NCBI GenBank assembly: GCA_010356995.1
Contig: ML996698.1
Span: forward strand, 307,923-371,922
Source of the DNA: Trichodelitschia bisporula
Taxonomy: Eukaryota
Length of the DNA stretch: 64,000 bases
Direction: 5' to 3'
The notes below the pieces were generated by a model. The model worked only from the letters and a program-made list of their open reading frames with translations, searched no databases and was not told where the DNA came from. The position numbers were made by a program, and so were the translations under genes. Positions 27,901 to 41,400 of the stretch are shown here, in pieces. Position 1 is the stretch's first letter. Each line of letters opens with the position of its first letter.

Positions 27901-29494
27901 TGCGTGTCGCGGTACGTTGCAAAGTGTCACGATGTCCAACTGCCAACAAGGTATCCAAGCTGACGACGACATTCACCGTTGCCTGGGCTGGTCTCGTCTT
28001 TGGTGCAGAGTCGATTCGAGATTGAGTACCTCTCGTGACATCTGAGCAGGTGATGTCCAGGAGACTGGTCCGCCAACACACCGCGACCACTGGGAGAACC
28101 CTGCAAGCAGCGGGCGACCGGAAAAAGGCAATTCGCAACAGTCACTCGCTGCGCAAAAGTTCAACGCATCTGGCCGCTCTTCTCACTCATGAAAATAGCC
28201 TCATCGTGGGGCACAGGGCGCGATGAAGGTACGTTGGTATGCACGTGAATGATTTTTGCTTTCCCAACGGGCGCCGTCATGAGGCAAAGTGACTTTCTTA
28301 CCCCTCACGCGCCAATTCCATTGGTCTGCGCCGGGTGCGGGGCTTCCCCTCACCCAGCCAATGGCCATCAGCATGAAGTTGTGGGGTGCAGCACGCCCAG
28401 CCCCCTAGCGGCCCCTAAGTACACGGACCAAGGAGCACCTCACGCGCTCTTTCTCCCCGTAAGAGAGGGGAAGCTGGGAGGGGGTGGGACGACATCGAAC
28501 ATGGTCGCACCTCTCCTTGCTACAGTACGCTGTTTTGCTGGTTCAGGTCGACCGGCGAACTTCATGCTCATTCTCGTCGTCTGCGGTGCCTGGGATGATC
28601 GGGCTTTGATGAGGGGTGGAATTGAATTAAACCCCCTTTGGCTCAAACGCGGTGATGCGGGATCTGCATGCCGCTCGTTGGGCATGACGTCGGGTTGGGA
28701 GCGGGGTGCAGTCACTAGCGGATGAAATGCCAATGAGTTGGGGGAATGGAGCAATGCTTTTTGCTCGATGGTTAGCTCTCGTTTCAACTCTATGCTGACG
28801 CCCGGTTGAAGGGCAGTAGTCAGTGGGAAAGCTCGATGAATGCTGGCGTTTGATGTTGGGCCATCGAAAGCTCTCGAAAGCGTGGCATCATTGCATGGCG
28901 CAGAGAGCACAAAGAAGTCCATACCCGAATCTGGCGTCTAACGGACAAAGATTAACGGTTTACCATCTCCACCAATTGCTCCGATCAGTTTGCTATTGTG
29001 CATCCCTTTGGATACCGTACTTTGTCTCTTCGCACCGTCGTCCCGTGGGTGGGCTCAAGTTTCGTCGTCCAGATTCCAGCCTCGCAATGCACCCACTCCC
29101 ACGCGCCAGCCTCCCCATTCCATAACCATTTCACCATCTCGAACCTCCGTCAGCTGCAAGGTACCGTACGAATTCAGGACATCACCCCATAAGCAATCCC
29201 GGTTGGCTCTCCCACGCCGCAGTGGCGCCAGTTGGCGGGATCCCCTTCTGGCTCCTGCAGCGATCACGCGACTGGCCGTGGGCCCCCAGAATGACAAGAA
29301 GCTTCCACCAAGCTCTCTCCACTTGCTCCCCCCTCTCTCATCACCAATTCACCGCAACTCTGCCATCGATTCATCGTCAAACTACAAAACCCATCGTGCA
29401 CCCCCGCTAGCCGTCTACTTCCATCACCACTGATTTCCTTCGACTAAACAAGTACCTCCTCATCCCCTCCTAACACCCTCAACCTCCATCCAAG

Positions 29495-30136
29495 AGTAAG
29501 CTTCCCCGCACTTGGAAACCCCATCCGTGCACTCCCACGGCAATGAAATGTATCAAAGCCAATGGCCCCAATTCCATCACAGTCATCACTCCATCAATGA
29601 ATTGAAGCTTACATCCATCCCAGTGACCCGCTCGCACAAGTTCGGCGACCGTGAATACCAGGCCCGCGACGCCGATACCGACGTCGGCCTCCCCAGCCCG
29701 GGCCTGCACCGCTTCTTCGTAAAGCACGGTCCGACGAACGCCGACCCGACCAAGACGAAGAAGAACGGCGGCGGCAAGGGCAATTGGTAAGTGTGTCATT
29801 ATTCCGTTGCGGCGCGGGCTCGCAACCCACAGCCTGACATCATCCCCACGCCTCTTCCCTAGCGTCCCGCTAACGCCAACCAGGGGCCCTCCCGGCGCTG
29901 AAATCGAGGACGCCGATATCGAAATCCATCATACCAAGCCGCGTCGCCGCAGCAACTCGTCCACCCACCTCAAGACGAGCGGCTCCTTTAAGACTAAGTT
30001 CGAGACCATTGAGCCAGAGCCTGTGTTCGAGATGTCGGAGCACGGGCCGCTGGATGACGACTCGGAGAAGCTCAGCCTTGCGCAGTCGGAGAGCAATGCC
30101 GGCAGCGTGCAGGAGGAGGACATGGACAAACACTGA
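29495..30136 (+). CDS. STF2/TMA10-like small hydrophilic protein, 3 exons
   Basis: Spliced product MTRSHK...RFFVKHG...DPTKTKKNGGGKGNWGPPGAEIED...PRRRSNSS...FKTKFETIEPEPVFE. Introns 29496-29623 and 29787-29883; start model is ambiguous (see findings). Confidence 0.85.
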
Positions 30137-30606
30137 ACTTTCCACCCTTCCCCTTCGCGTGATTGATCGTCCATGCTTCTTTCTTTGTTATGATCGGGGC
30201 GTCTAAAGCGGACGACTATGTCTGTCGGCGTTATTCGGATAGGGTTACGGTCTGCGTTTTTCCACTCTACTGGGCGACATGAGCTGCCTTCTCCTCGCCG
30301 CCATAACCTTCTCTTCTCGAGTGGTTGGTTAGCTAGGCTTGATCTCTCCTGCTGGAGCAGGGTCGGTCGACACTGGCTGGCTACATGTGTTAATTTGCCC
30401 CCCTTCTACGACTCAGCTGGACGATCGTATCCCATAACGCAACACACAAAATGAACTGTAACCATAGCTACGAAACGAGAAACATGGATATGCAATTCCA
30501 GCTGTCTATCAAGTGATGTGATCATCCTACCATGCTTTTATCATCCCTCTCCCCATCCCCATATCCAATCCCTCCCCCTACAAAAACGCATAACTCCCCT
30601 CCCCCA

Positions 30607-33249
30607 CTACTCCCTCCCCCCCCTTGTCTCAACACTAACCGGCCGTCTCACAAGCCCACTAACCAAGCGCGCCTCTCTCCCCGGCGCCCGCACCGGCACC
30701 TCCGGCACCTCAGGGCTCTCACTCCTTTCTGCGCACCCCGTCGCCGACGTCAACATATCCGAAGGTAAAGCCTCCGAACTCGGCGCCGGCGGCGCAGCGG
30801 CGATAACAGCGCACTCGGACTCACGCTCTGCGACGGCAGACTCGAGGACGAGTCCCGCGAGTCCCGCGAGCCCGACCCGAGCGTGCAAAGCCGCGGCGGC
30901 GAACTCGCTTCGCGGCTCGAGCGCGGGACCGCCCGCACCGTCGGCTGCACCGTGTACCTCCCCGCTCCTAGATAGCTCACGCGCCGCGGCACTCGCGTAC
31001 ATCGTGCTTGCCCGCCTCGCCACACTGCTTCGTCGACCTGGCTCGCCCATGCTCGCGTGGAGGGCGTGCTGTGCTACGGTGGTGAGGAGGGACTGCCGTG
31101 GATGGGTGGTATGGCGGCGAGGGTGCGCCGCTGTATACCGCGGGGGGTGAGGATGCGTGTGCTGCTAGAGCCGCCGAAGAAGGTTGCGCGGTGGGGGGCG
31201 CGGCGGGTGATTGGCCTGCTGGGATTGGGGGCGGGGGACAGGATGGAGGTGGTGCAGGAGGTGGTGCCGGTTGTGCTGCTGTAGATGCTCGTTGGGAAGG
31301 GGGTGGGCGATGCGGCTGGGGCTGGGAAGGTGAGCCCGAGCCCGAGCCCGGTTGTGAGGGTGCTGGTGCTCGGCCGTGAGACGGGCGGGGCGCGTCCGTG
31401 GCCGATGCCTGTTACCCGCCTGCTGGCTGGCAGGGCGGATCTGCGCGGCGGATGCGAGGCCAGCGGGGCAGTCGCACGGCGCGAAGTCAGCGTGCGGTTT
31501 AAGTGGTAGTGCGTCGGGTCGCGCGGCGTTACGGGCGGGAGAGAGGGTATGCGCGCGTGGTACTCGCCACCTGGGGGTATGGACAGACGCTGTGTCTGCG
31601 TGCGGAGCCCCGTCGGCTTAACCGGCGACGGCGGATGCCTTCCCAGCAGATTGGGATTCTGGCTCGGAGCGCGGGGCCTGCGCGGACTGGGGAAGGGCAG
31701 GGAGAGGTGTGGGGGGTTGTAGGGTGTACTCGCGTAGGGGGTAGTCGCGTATGGAAACTCAAGTTCATCGTCGTCCGGCTTTTCTTCATCCCAGGCTGAG
31801 GGGAGCGGGCGGGATATGCTGCGCTTGAAGGCGGAGAGGGAGCGTTCGCGTTGCTGGCGGGAGCGCCGCCTATAGCATAGGATGCCGGCTATGCCGGCGG
31901 CGAAGGCGAGGACGGATGCTGCGACGAGCCCGGCGATGACGCCGCCTGTGAGGCCGGAGTTTAGTTCGGAGATTTTGGTGTTGCCGGCGTTGGCCTGGGT
32001 GCCTGTGGGCGGGGGGTTGAGGTGGAGGGTGAAGGGCTAGGAGGTCGCCGTTGTGGTGTTGGACGAGACGGTGATTGTCCCGCTGAGGTCCGCGGGTGTC
32101 AGGCCGCCGGGGATGTTGCCGTAGAGGCGCAGGGCGGCGGAGTCGAAGTGGAGCCAGGAAGTGCCGCTGACATTGACGCTGATGTTAAGGCCTGTTGTGG
32201 GTTTTAGGAGGGAGGGAGGGCGTATTCGAATGGTTCGCCGATGGTGGCGACTATGGTGCCGATGTGGCCGGTGAAGAGGTTGGAGGAGATGCGGGTGCTG
32301 ACGGTTGTGGTGGCTGTGTCGCCGAATTGGTCGACGACTATGACGGTGAAGTCCTGGTCTGAGGGATCGGAAGGTACAGTCCCCATCGCGGAAAGGGTAC
32401 TCTCGTCGAACGAAAGCCAGGGCGGCACATCAGCCGTTGCATTTTGGACGATCCCCGCGGCCACAGCCTTGCCGTCCAGCGTCAACCCCGCCAGTAACTC
32501 CAGATCCACCTTTCCCGCCCAACGTAACACTCGCCGTGCGGTACACTTCGCCGAAAACGAACGTATGCGCGCTGATTACAACCTGGAACCGTACCTCCGC
32601 CTCCGCAAACCCCGCAACCCTCGACGAGATGAGCAAGACATCGAAAACCTGCGGCAAGACCGTGAACAGTAGCGTCGTGCCCGAGAACCGCAGGCTGCCC
32701 GCATCAAACACAATCCACGCCGACAACGGCGTATGATCCACCAGGGTGGCGTAGAAGTGTACCCCCCCCCCCCGCGTCGCCGAATATGCTTTCCGAGAAA
32801 TTGATCGCGAACGGGGCTTGGACGCCTACGAGAAGGCTCGTCGGACCGGACAGTCGCCCGGTTGCCAGCAGCACATCCGATACGTTGCCGGCCGGCGAAG
32901 ACTCTGAGAAATTCGGGTACGGCGCTTCGACCACTGCGGTTGCGGGCATGGTGGCCTGGCCCGTCGCATCCGAGGCGATGAGCGAGAAGGACGCTGAGCC
33001 CGCATCGGGTGATTCTGGTCGTCCGGAGAGTGTGCGGCTCGTCGAGTCGAGGTGGAGCCATGCTGGCGCTCCCGAGAGCGTGTAATTCAGGAGCTGGTCA
33101 TATGGCTTGAACGTCGTTGGTGCGAATGTGAATCTGAACTACGAGCCGACACGCGCAACAGGTGGGACTTGGGAGTTGAACGGAAACGAGGCCTCTGGTA
33201 TCGCGACTCCGGGTGTGGAAAAGACCGAAATAAAAATGAGGAAGAACAT
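30607..33249 (-). pseudogene. AXL2: Axl2/Bud10-like polarity landmark (signal peptide, cadherin-like Ig repeats, TM helix), disrupted
   Basis: MFFLIFISVF...FPFNSQVPPVARVG and repeated PxWLxFDxxxLxxxG units, then TM GGVIAGLVAASVLAFAAGIAGILCYRRR. In-frame TAG at 33139-41, 32037-39 and 31074-76; frameshifts near 32765, 32515 and 32210. The 3' end is approximate. Confidence 0.85.
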
Positions 33250-34612
33250 CTTGATCCCAAACGCCAGAGCCTACAGATCCTAAAAAGACGAAGGAGCGGT
33301 ATTTCGAAGTTCAACGACCTAGGCTGACGTGCGGAAGGAACGGAGGATTCGAAGCATCGAGGGCGGAACAGCCAGATCTGATATCCTCTTGGGAGGCGTA
33401 GACATTTTGCCAGCGTGGTAGACGCGTCGAGCGCATAAAGTGGTGGTAGGAGAATAAGTGGCGCGTTGCGAGATCCCTTTGGAATGTTCGCTGAGGGGTG
33501 GGTGGGATGTTGGTGGTGCTCCTTGGTGGACACAACGCATTATGGTGGAGGAGAGGCGGCATCGCGGCTATTTGAGCAACCATGTAAGGGACACAAGGGA
33601 ACGTGTGGGGATACTATGGCAATCAACTCCGTGGCCCGAGACTTGTGATCGGGCCGATGCTGATACGGGCCGAAGTGGTAACGAGTGATATCCGAGTCCG
33701 ACCTCACTTGGAGTCCGCGACTCTTCGCGGTCGGAGAAGCGCGCGCGAGGCCAGCCGGAGCGACTAGCTGACGTTGTGCAGATGAGGGGGATTTATGGGA
33801 GGCTGTCTCATGACAGGCTGGAGGAGAGGCGGTGTTGCCGGTCTGGTCAATGTGCTCTGTGAGGGCGAGGCCTTTTGCTGAATGCCTGGCGCCTGCCGTG
33901 GAGTGTTACCTAGGAATGCCCGTACCAGATCTTCCTTCGGACGATTGCCGACATCAACGCGAGTTGCGTCCTCGCCCTTTGCAGCATCAACGCGAGTTGC
34001 CTTCTCGTCCTTCGCAGGATGTTTCCGGCATTTGCGCGAGGTGGGCAGTTCATCGCTTGGGATGGGACAGAGTGGCACGCAATAACAGTGTCCCGTCAAT
34101 GGACAGCACACCGCGGTCCCCACCACACAACATAAAAGGTTGACAACTCCTATAGCCGCGTACAGGACCGAATTTCGCCGCACACTTCGCTGCCGGATGC
34201 AGGGTGTCGAGTTTTTTAAGCTTGAAGATGCGTACAAGGGAGTAGTAGGCGGCCATTGTGAGTCGATGGAAGTACAAAGCTGCTATGAATCGAGGCTGTA
34301 GGGTATAGATGTGGTTTGACGAACAAACGAGAATAGAATCTGGCCTTTTATACCACCAAACCACAGGCCCAGCCTGTACGCGTAGCCTGTACGTGTAGCC
34401 CACCGGCCTTCGGTCCCAAACCATCTCCCGCGACAACATGGTGTCGGTCTCCGACGTCCTCAAACCTCTGAATCCCCAGCACGGCTCCTCCCGCCGCCAC
34501 GTTACGCCACACCCGCCGCACCGCCCCACACACAACACCTCTCTCAACCCCACCACCCCTCATCACCACCATCCCTCCTCCTTTCCCCCTCTCCCCCTCC
34601 CCCCATATTAAA

Positions 34613-35479
34613 ATGGACGACCCTCTGTCCCTCCCCTCCACCCTCACCCCCCTCCCAGAAATCAAAACCGCAGGAACAACAACCCTCTCCTTCTCCGGTC
34701 TTCTCAACCCCCCCCTCATCCTCCATGAAGACCTACAAACGGGATGCGGGGGGCAGATATGGCCGGCGGGCGAGGTGCTTGCTACGTATATGCTGCGCCG
34801 GCACCGGGACACCCTCATGGAGAAAACAATGTGCGAGAATTCCTGGACACGGAACGCTAGGGGCGCGAGTGAGCGCGAGTTAACGGGGTTGTAGAGTAGA
34901 GCTTGGGGCTGGGGGCGGGTTGGCTGGGTATGTCTGGTATACCGGAGAGAATGTGAGGAGAGGGCTAATGAGAGTAGTCTCGCCATCGCACTCGGCTGCG
35001 GGATAACATCCCCACCCCTCCTCATAACCGACCAAGAAGCCATGTACCCCCTCATGCTCAAAAACATCGCCCTCAACAACCTGCAATCCCGCGTCCAACC
35101 GCACATCTACAACTGGGGCGCCCCCCCACCCCCCTCAATCCCCGCCTACCCATCCATAATCCTCGCCGCCGACTGCGTCTACTTCGAACCCGCCTTCCCG
35201 CTCCTCCTCTCCACCCTCCAGGACCTCCTCGGCCCCTCCAGCGTCTGTTTCTTCTGCTTCAAGAAGCGCAGAAAGGCGGATATGCATTTTGTCAAGAGTG
35301 TTAGGAAGGCGTTTGATGTGCGCGAGGTGATGGATGATCCGGATCAGGAGGTTTGGTCGAGGCAGGGACTGTTTTTGTGAGTTAGGTCTGTGTGTCTTGG
35401 GGGGATTGGGCTGACGTGTGGCAGGTATGAGATTAGGCGGAAGCCGGAGAAGGGGGGGAAGGGTGCGGCTGAGAGGTAA
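34613..35479 (+). CDS. EFM6: Protein-lysine N-methyltransferase, EFM6/METTL21 family, 4 exons
   Basis: GCGGQIWPAG, spliced VELGAGGGLAG SAM-binding motif, ITDQ, AADCVYFEPAFP, KKRRKAD. Three canonical introns; stop at 35477-79. Confidence 0.92.
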
Positions 35480-36227
35480 ATGGGGTGGAGTGGGGCTGTG
35501 AACACAAGCACTTAGATATGGCTACCGGCGGATTATAGGTCACAACGGCACTAGAGAGCATAGAGGGTCAGAGCATAGCAGGAGCACAAAGCTCACGCTG
35601 CATGTTCAGTTGCAGAACAAGAACCAGGGTATCAAAGCATTGAAAGTACGAGGCACCGATTCGCATTCAACGGGATTCCAATGTCCGGACCCCCAGCATT
35701 CTCAGCAAAGGTTCCAGGACGGAACGGGAAGCCGATGAGCTCCTGCCCCCCCGATAGTCGCTCCCTCTTTCTCGGCAAATGCCCTGTTAAAAGCCGGCCA
35801 CAACTTTTGGAGGGTGCTCAGCACCTTTTCGCGTAGTCCTTGGATACAAGACCAAGAGAATCTCCGAACAGAAACGATCAAGGGCTGATCAAAAGAGTCA
35901 TGCAATTCCCCCTGGTAGCTTCTGCGGGTGCCTCCGCAAAAGCCGGGGGGGGGTGAAGGGGCAACATCATTTTCTCGATAGCCTTTGAACACTCGCGTAC
36001 ATATCCAAGTACATGTCTACCCAGACACCTGAGTTCCACCATACCGTGTACAGGTGGAGCCCGAAAGCCAAAAGCGTCAATGATAGCTGGTTCAAAACCG
36101 AGAGAAAAGGCATGTGTACGGATAATGAAGGGAAGGGCAACATAACCCTTCCGATGGTCAGATATATGGGATGGCCGCCTGCCTACGAAGTTAACCCATT
36201 GCGTGAGATTTTGAGCAACTAAGAAAG

Positions 36228-38487
36228 CTACGCGCCCATATCGCGAGCAACTCGACGTTCTGAGCGGCGCTCCTCAATGGAAGAGTAGAGGGGGCGCAAT
36301 ACTTCCGGCTGGTCCTGGACTTTCGGGCCGAACACAGTGTACTCGGGAACGCTCTGTGAGAGCAGGTTAGGCCCGAAATGGAACAAGAGTCCGGGCAAAA
36401 ACGTACCTTAGTAACGACCGTCCCCGGGGCAATCCACGCACCAGGACCGATAATCAGTTCACCGGTCTTGCAATACTCCTCCGACGGCGCAATGATGCTC
36501 CCACCACCTATGTACACCTCATTATGGATGGTGATCTTGAAGCCGCGTGCGCGCCCTTTAAGCGCGCCGACCCGTTCACCGTGCGGGAGGGGATACACCT
36601 TGCCCAAGATCTTGACATCAGGGCCGATAATGGTGTTATTACCAATCAAGACCTCTCGTGAATCATTGATGATGCAATTGGTATCAATCACCACGTCATC
36701 ACCGATGGTAAGGTTGTACCCATAGTCGCAGCGAAACGGGGCTTCGATTTGAACGCCCTTACCCACCTTCGGTGCGCGATGAGTATACGACGGGCGTGGG
36801 GAATCTGCAGGCTCAATGACGTTGCGGAAGAGGCGTGTCCGTTCAGTGGTGCTGACCGCTTGATTGGTGTTGAAGTTGTGAAGCGCAGCCTTGCACTTCT
36901 CCCGTTCGTCGACGAGTACCTTATCAAAAGGGTTATACGGCTCCCCCAACGCCATTCTTTCCTTCTCGGTCTGAGTCGAAAAGGTCGGCTGTTGCAGAGC
37001 GCGCTGAGCCACAATGACGGGTGAGTGGCCGCTGTGGGTGCTTGCACGTGTCAGCGTTAGACTTCTTTGAAGAGCGTCTCGACATACCTATGCCCATGTA
37101 GCCCACTCATGCCCGAGTGGAGCGTGGGAGGCATCGACCGGTCGGGATAGTCTCGCATCTGAGTGAGGTGGGCCGAAAGCGGAAGGCCGTGGGAAAGTTC
37201 GGATGAGCCCCTATCTTGGCTATAAGAGAGATGCGATGCACTGTAAGGGGAGTTGGACCAAGCATTGCTATTTGGAAGTGCCCTTTCGGGCTCGTCGTCG
37301 ATGAGGAGGGGCCGTCCCCGTCCACCTTCGTGCGGTGGGTGGGGAGACTCAGTGTACGGAATGCTGCGCGACGGTCCGAGCATGTTAGACGCAAGGATGG
37401 CAAGGGGTTGGGTAGAGAGCAGAGCGAACGGGGGCCTCGCTAATAGTCACCTACCTCGGGTAAATGCTCGCATCGCCGCCGTATGTTTCCTTGGACTGAA
37501 TGGCCATAGGCGGGAGCTTTTGGGCGGTCTTGGGCCAGGTAGATTTTGCCGCGTAGCCTTCGCACACGAAGCCACCCCGGCTGCAGTTATTGCCTAGGCC
37601 TTCTTCAGTGACGGTTCGGGATATACAAGCAAAAAGAACTTACACTCCGGTTTGCCTTCATCGCACTTCTTCTTACGCCGCCGGCAAGTTTGGCAGCCCG
37701 TCTTAGTGCGGTTGGTGAAAGCCTGGAGGGGGTCAATCAGGGGCTGGAGGGAGCTTGATAAGCCAGGGCGGGTACTCACGCGTTTTCTTTTCTTCGGGTC
37801 AACTTGCACGCCTGCATTAGTGGTCACCATCCCACTGTACTCCTCCTGGTAACCCGAAGCGGTACTCCCACTCATGGCCTCGTGTGCGTTGATATCCCGC
37901 TGCAGGGCATGCGCCAGCTGAGCCTCAGAGTGGTCTTCGCTTTGGCGACTGTTCCACGACTGCTCGTTGGGATCACCGGCTGACGGAGGTTGCGAGTAAT
38001 TGTGGCGCGAGTCGTCATTATCCTCGGGGGAACTGGATGCGCTACGGTGGCGGCCGTCATAGCGAACGTCGTCGGCAATTTCGTCCGGCGCTCGCTTACG
38101 CTTCCCTGGAGCTTTGAGCGGAGAAGCGCTGCGCGATCCGGCACCATTTCCATTTCCATTGCCATTGCCATTCAGGTTGACAATCATGCTGGCGTTTCCG
38201 TTCGCCACGGGGTTGGGTGCGTGGGCGCCGCTACCATTGGACTCCGGAGCGGGCCAGCCTTCGCGCTGCTGAGCTTTGGGTCGATCTAAAGACGCACGCG
38301 CATGGGTTGCTTCATCGGTACGCGCTCTGCTACCCGAGTTGGGTGAGGTGCGGTTATTGACCGCAGTGAAGCCGTTGGAGCCATTCATGCTTGCTTCGCG
38401 AGTCGACTTACCAGGTCCCAAGGGCGAGGGTGACGGTGATCCACGGCTGCGTTGCTCCGGAGAGTGGGACATGTGGGAAGGTGCCAT
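36228..38487 (-). CDS. Zn(II)2Cys6 transcription factor fused to a maltose/galactoside O-acetyltransferase-like left-handed beta-helix domain, 6 exons
   Basis: RTKTGCQTCRRRKKKCDEGKPEC|NNCSRGGFVCEGY binuclear cluster; TEKERMALGEPY, EAPFRCDYGYNLTIGDDVVI and hexapeptide repeats. Five GT-AG introns. Confidence 0.9.
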
Positions 38488-41400
38488 AGCTTTTGCAATA
38501 CCAGATCGGGGAAGCTCCAAAGCCAAGTCGCGAAGGGAGGTGAGGAGCGCGAAGAGTATCTCCGCTCAACCAAGCGTAATCAAGCCGGAAGCAACGTCAC
38601 AAAGTACAAGGGTCGATAATTTCACACAGCGGGATTTCGAGTGCTTATCTCTTGCTCGCGAATAAGCAAGTCACTCTGAAGTTCCACGCGACAACAATAC
38701 AGAGAATGCGTTTATGAACTGAAGCGCAGTTCGCAGCCTTGAGCTAGACGAGCGTCGCAACCGGCGGACCTCGCGCCTGTTAGCCGCCAAACACCCGACG
38801 GGCGGATGTCGCCAAAAACTCACAGCGAGGAGAGAAAAGAAGATCAGACCGAAGGGAGACACGAGATAATAAGCAAGATGAGCGCGGCAGACACTGGAGG
38901 GAAGGGCGGGTGAGGAAGTGTTGGAAGGGTTGGAGATGAAGGAGGCGGGCGCCTAGTTGAGCTCAAGAGGAGCGCGTGAGTCGGCAAACGCGGCTGTAGG
39001 GCGGAAGAGCTAGGGATAGCCTGCGGTGGGTAAAAGAGGTGAAAAGTGATAAGAGCTCTGCCTTGATGTGTCCGGAAGGGATTGAAAAGGAAAATGTGCG
39101 GGTTGGGTCGGTATTTGGGCGGGGTGTTGGGTGGTTGTGGGTTGAATGTGTGAGGGGGGGGCGGGTGTGGAGGGGGGATGGCCGAAGTGCTGGCGAGGAG
39201 CGCGGGAAGAGGAAAGCGCGAGGAGCGGCGGGGGGGACAAGGGTTAGAGAGATGGGAGAACATGGGGGGCGGTTAACATATGTGGTGGCGCTTGGTGGGG
39301 ATGGGGCATGGGTTGGAGGGGGGAGGAGAGAGAGGGGGGAAAAGGAGGGAAGGGGATCAGTAATGATACAGATGTACGGTAGTATGTGCGTATTCCCGCT
39401 GATGATCTGGCCTACACGAGTTAAACGTACGACTGAAGACAAGTTATATGGAACACTAATTGGGCGAGAATGCTGGACAACGCTCTCTGGAAGCGGTTGA
39501 GTAGGGTACCGTGGGAGCTACCGACAGACAGACAGCAACACTCAACACACAGCAGCATGCAGCATGCAGCATACAGCATGCAGCAATAGACTTCGAGATC
39601 CTCTGAGATCCTCTCTGGGGGGAAGGAGAGAAAGAAGCTCTAGCGGGAGGATCAGTTGGAAATGGGAATGTGAATGAGAATGAGAATGAGAACGAAAAGA
39701 CTCGCGCGGGTAAGGAGAGAGAGTTGGAGGGGAGGCGGTTAGCGGTACGGCATTTGTCGCAGGCGCTCGGCGGCTCGTCCCATTCACGCCCTATGCGTCT
39801 GTTCGTTATTTTTTCCGCGCTGTGTCGCAGCAGTCGCGCCGCCCGCGGGTCGCTCGTTTCTCACCCCCCTCCCCTACCCGCCCCTTCACGCCCTTCTCGC
39901 CCTCCCCTCCCCGCCAGGCCCTCACCCCTCCCCTCCCACTTCCCATGCCCATCAACAACTCTAACCCCTCACCCCTCACACCTCTCACCTTCACCAACTC
40001 ACCCCTTGCTCCTTGCAAAACTCCTCTTTCCGCCTCGCACACTGAAAAGCCCGGGGACAGGAACACTCCACCGGGTCACCACTCTCTTTATTGAGTTTGG
40101 GATTCCCCCCTCCGTTGGTCGAATATGCTCCGTTTAAACCCAATCCCGTACATGCACCGGTTCAACCGGTTCAACCCATACAATGCATCCCCATCACTCT
40201 CCCTACTACGGTACACTTTACCCAATCCCCACCTCAACCCTCCATCCCAGCTTGAGTCGAGTTGATTGGTACAAGTGTGGAGCGAGGGGACAAGAACTGG
40301 GCCCCTGGAACCGGTAGAAGGATTGTGGAAAGTGAGAGCATCAATTCGGTAAGCTTCGCCCCAACTTCATCCGCGGGGACGGATCACGGAGGCAGAGCAG
40401 CCGCCCAAGTGTCGTGTCTCGCTTCGCCATATCTTGCCCAAGGTCAAGAAAAGTCAGCCTGGCACATTACTCTCCCCGTTAAAGTGCGAGGCGAGGCGGC
40501 ATTGGCGGCATTGGCGGAAAACAAGGCGGGCGCTTCGCGAAGAGCGTCTACGCGGCGTCAAGGGAAATTTTGTACATCTGTCGCACTTGTCGCTTCCTGC
40601 TCTCTCAACTGCGGCGTGTCTTCCAGTCTGCAACTCTGCGAACGTGGTTCTGCGCGGCTCTCCTCGATGTTCCGCTCTGGTTCGTCTCCGCTCTGTTCTC
40701 ACCTGTCCCTGGCCGAGAACGAGGTTGGGAAAAGAGCGGGGAGGGCGACGACAGGGCGGCTTCAAGTGGAGTGTCGCAGTGCGACGCCCTCTTTTGCACG
40801 CAGACGCCGACTTCGCGCCCTCACACCTGCCCCACGCCCGACGCGCCCAGTAGCGCCGTAGCGGGCGTCACGTTGCCTGCACACCTGCTTGCCGACCTTT
40901 CTCGCCCACCGCAGCGCTCAAACTTCGGTCCGCTTGACGTCAACATGAGCGGTCCAGTCCCCCGCCGAAAGCAGACAACGCTTTGCACACTCGCACCTCC
41001 AGCTCCCTCGACCAGAGTGCCGCGCCTGACACCACGTACCCCACTGCGCGTCACACCGGCGCCGGATTTTGCCTTGCGCCGACCTGCCCATCCGCTCGTC
41101 GCGGCCCACCAGCCCCCGTTGCAGCGCGGCCATCACTTCGTCTTGCCGCTTCGCCGCCGGTCACCGCCCTCCCCAAGCTTTCAAAAGTCCGCCACACCCC
41201 GCGGCGCCTGTAGTACCGCCATTACCCTCTCCCACATCCACATCACACTGCAGTCCCGCGCCCAGACGCACCGCACCGGCCCCCAATCTGCGCGCTACAG
41301 AGCCATGCCCGCGCTCCCACCACTCGAGGCCGCACGCGCCCGTACCGAGGCCGAGCCCGCTCGCGCGAGTACCATATACTGGGCGGGCAGGCCAGAACCG

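Noticed and set aside
31074..33141. A-to-I editing rescue (UAG to UGG) of the AXL2 stops
   Set aside because: Trp is not obviously expected at these positions, and three frameshifts would remain.
39540..39700. Short repeats (CAGCATG)n and (GAATGA)n
   Set aside because: Ordinary micro/minisatellites with no spacers; not CRISPR-like.
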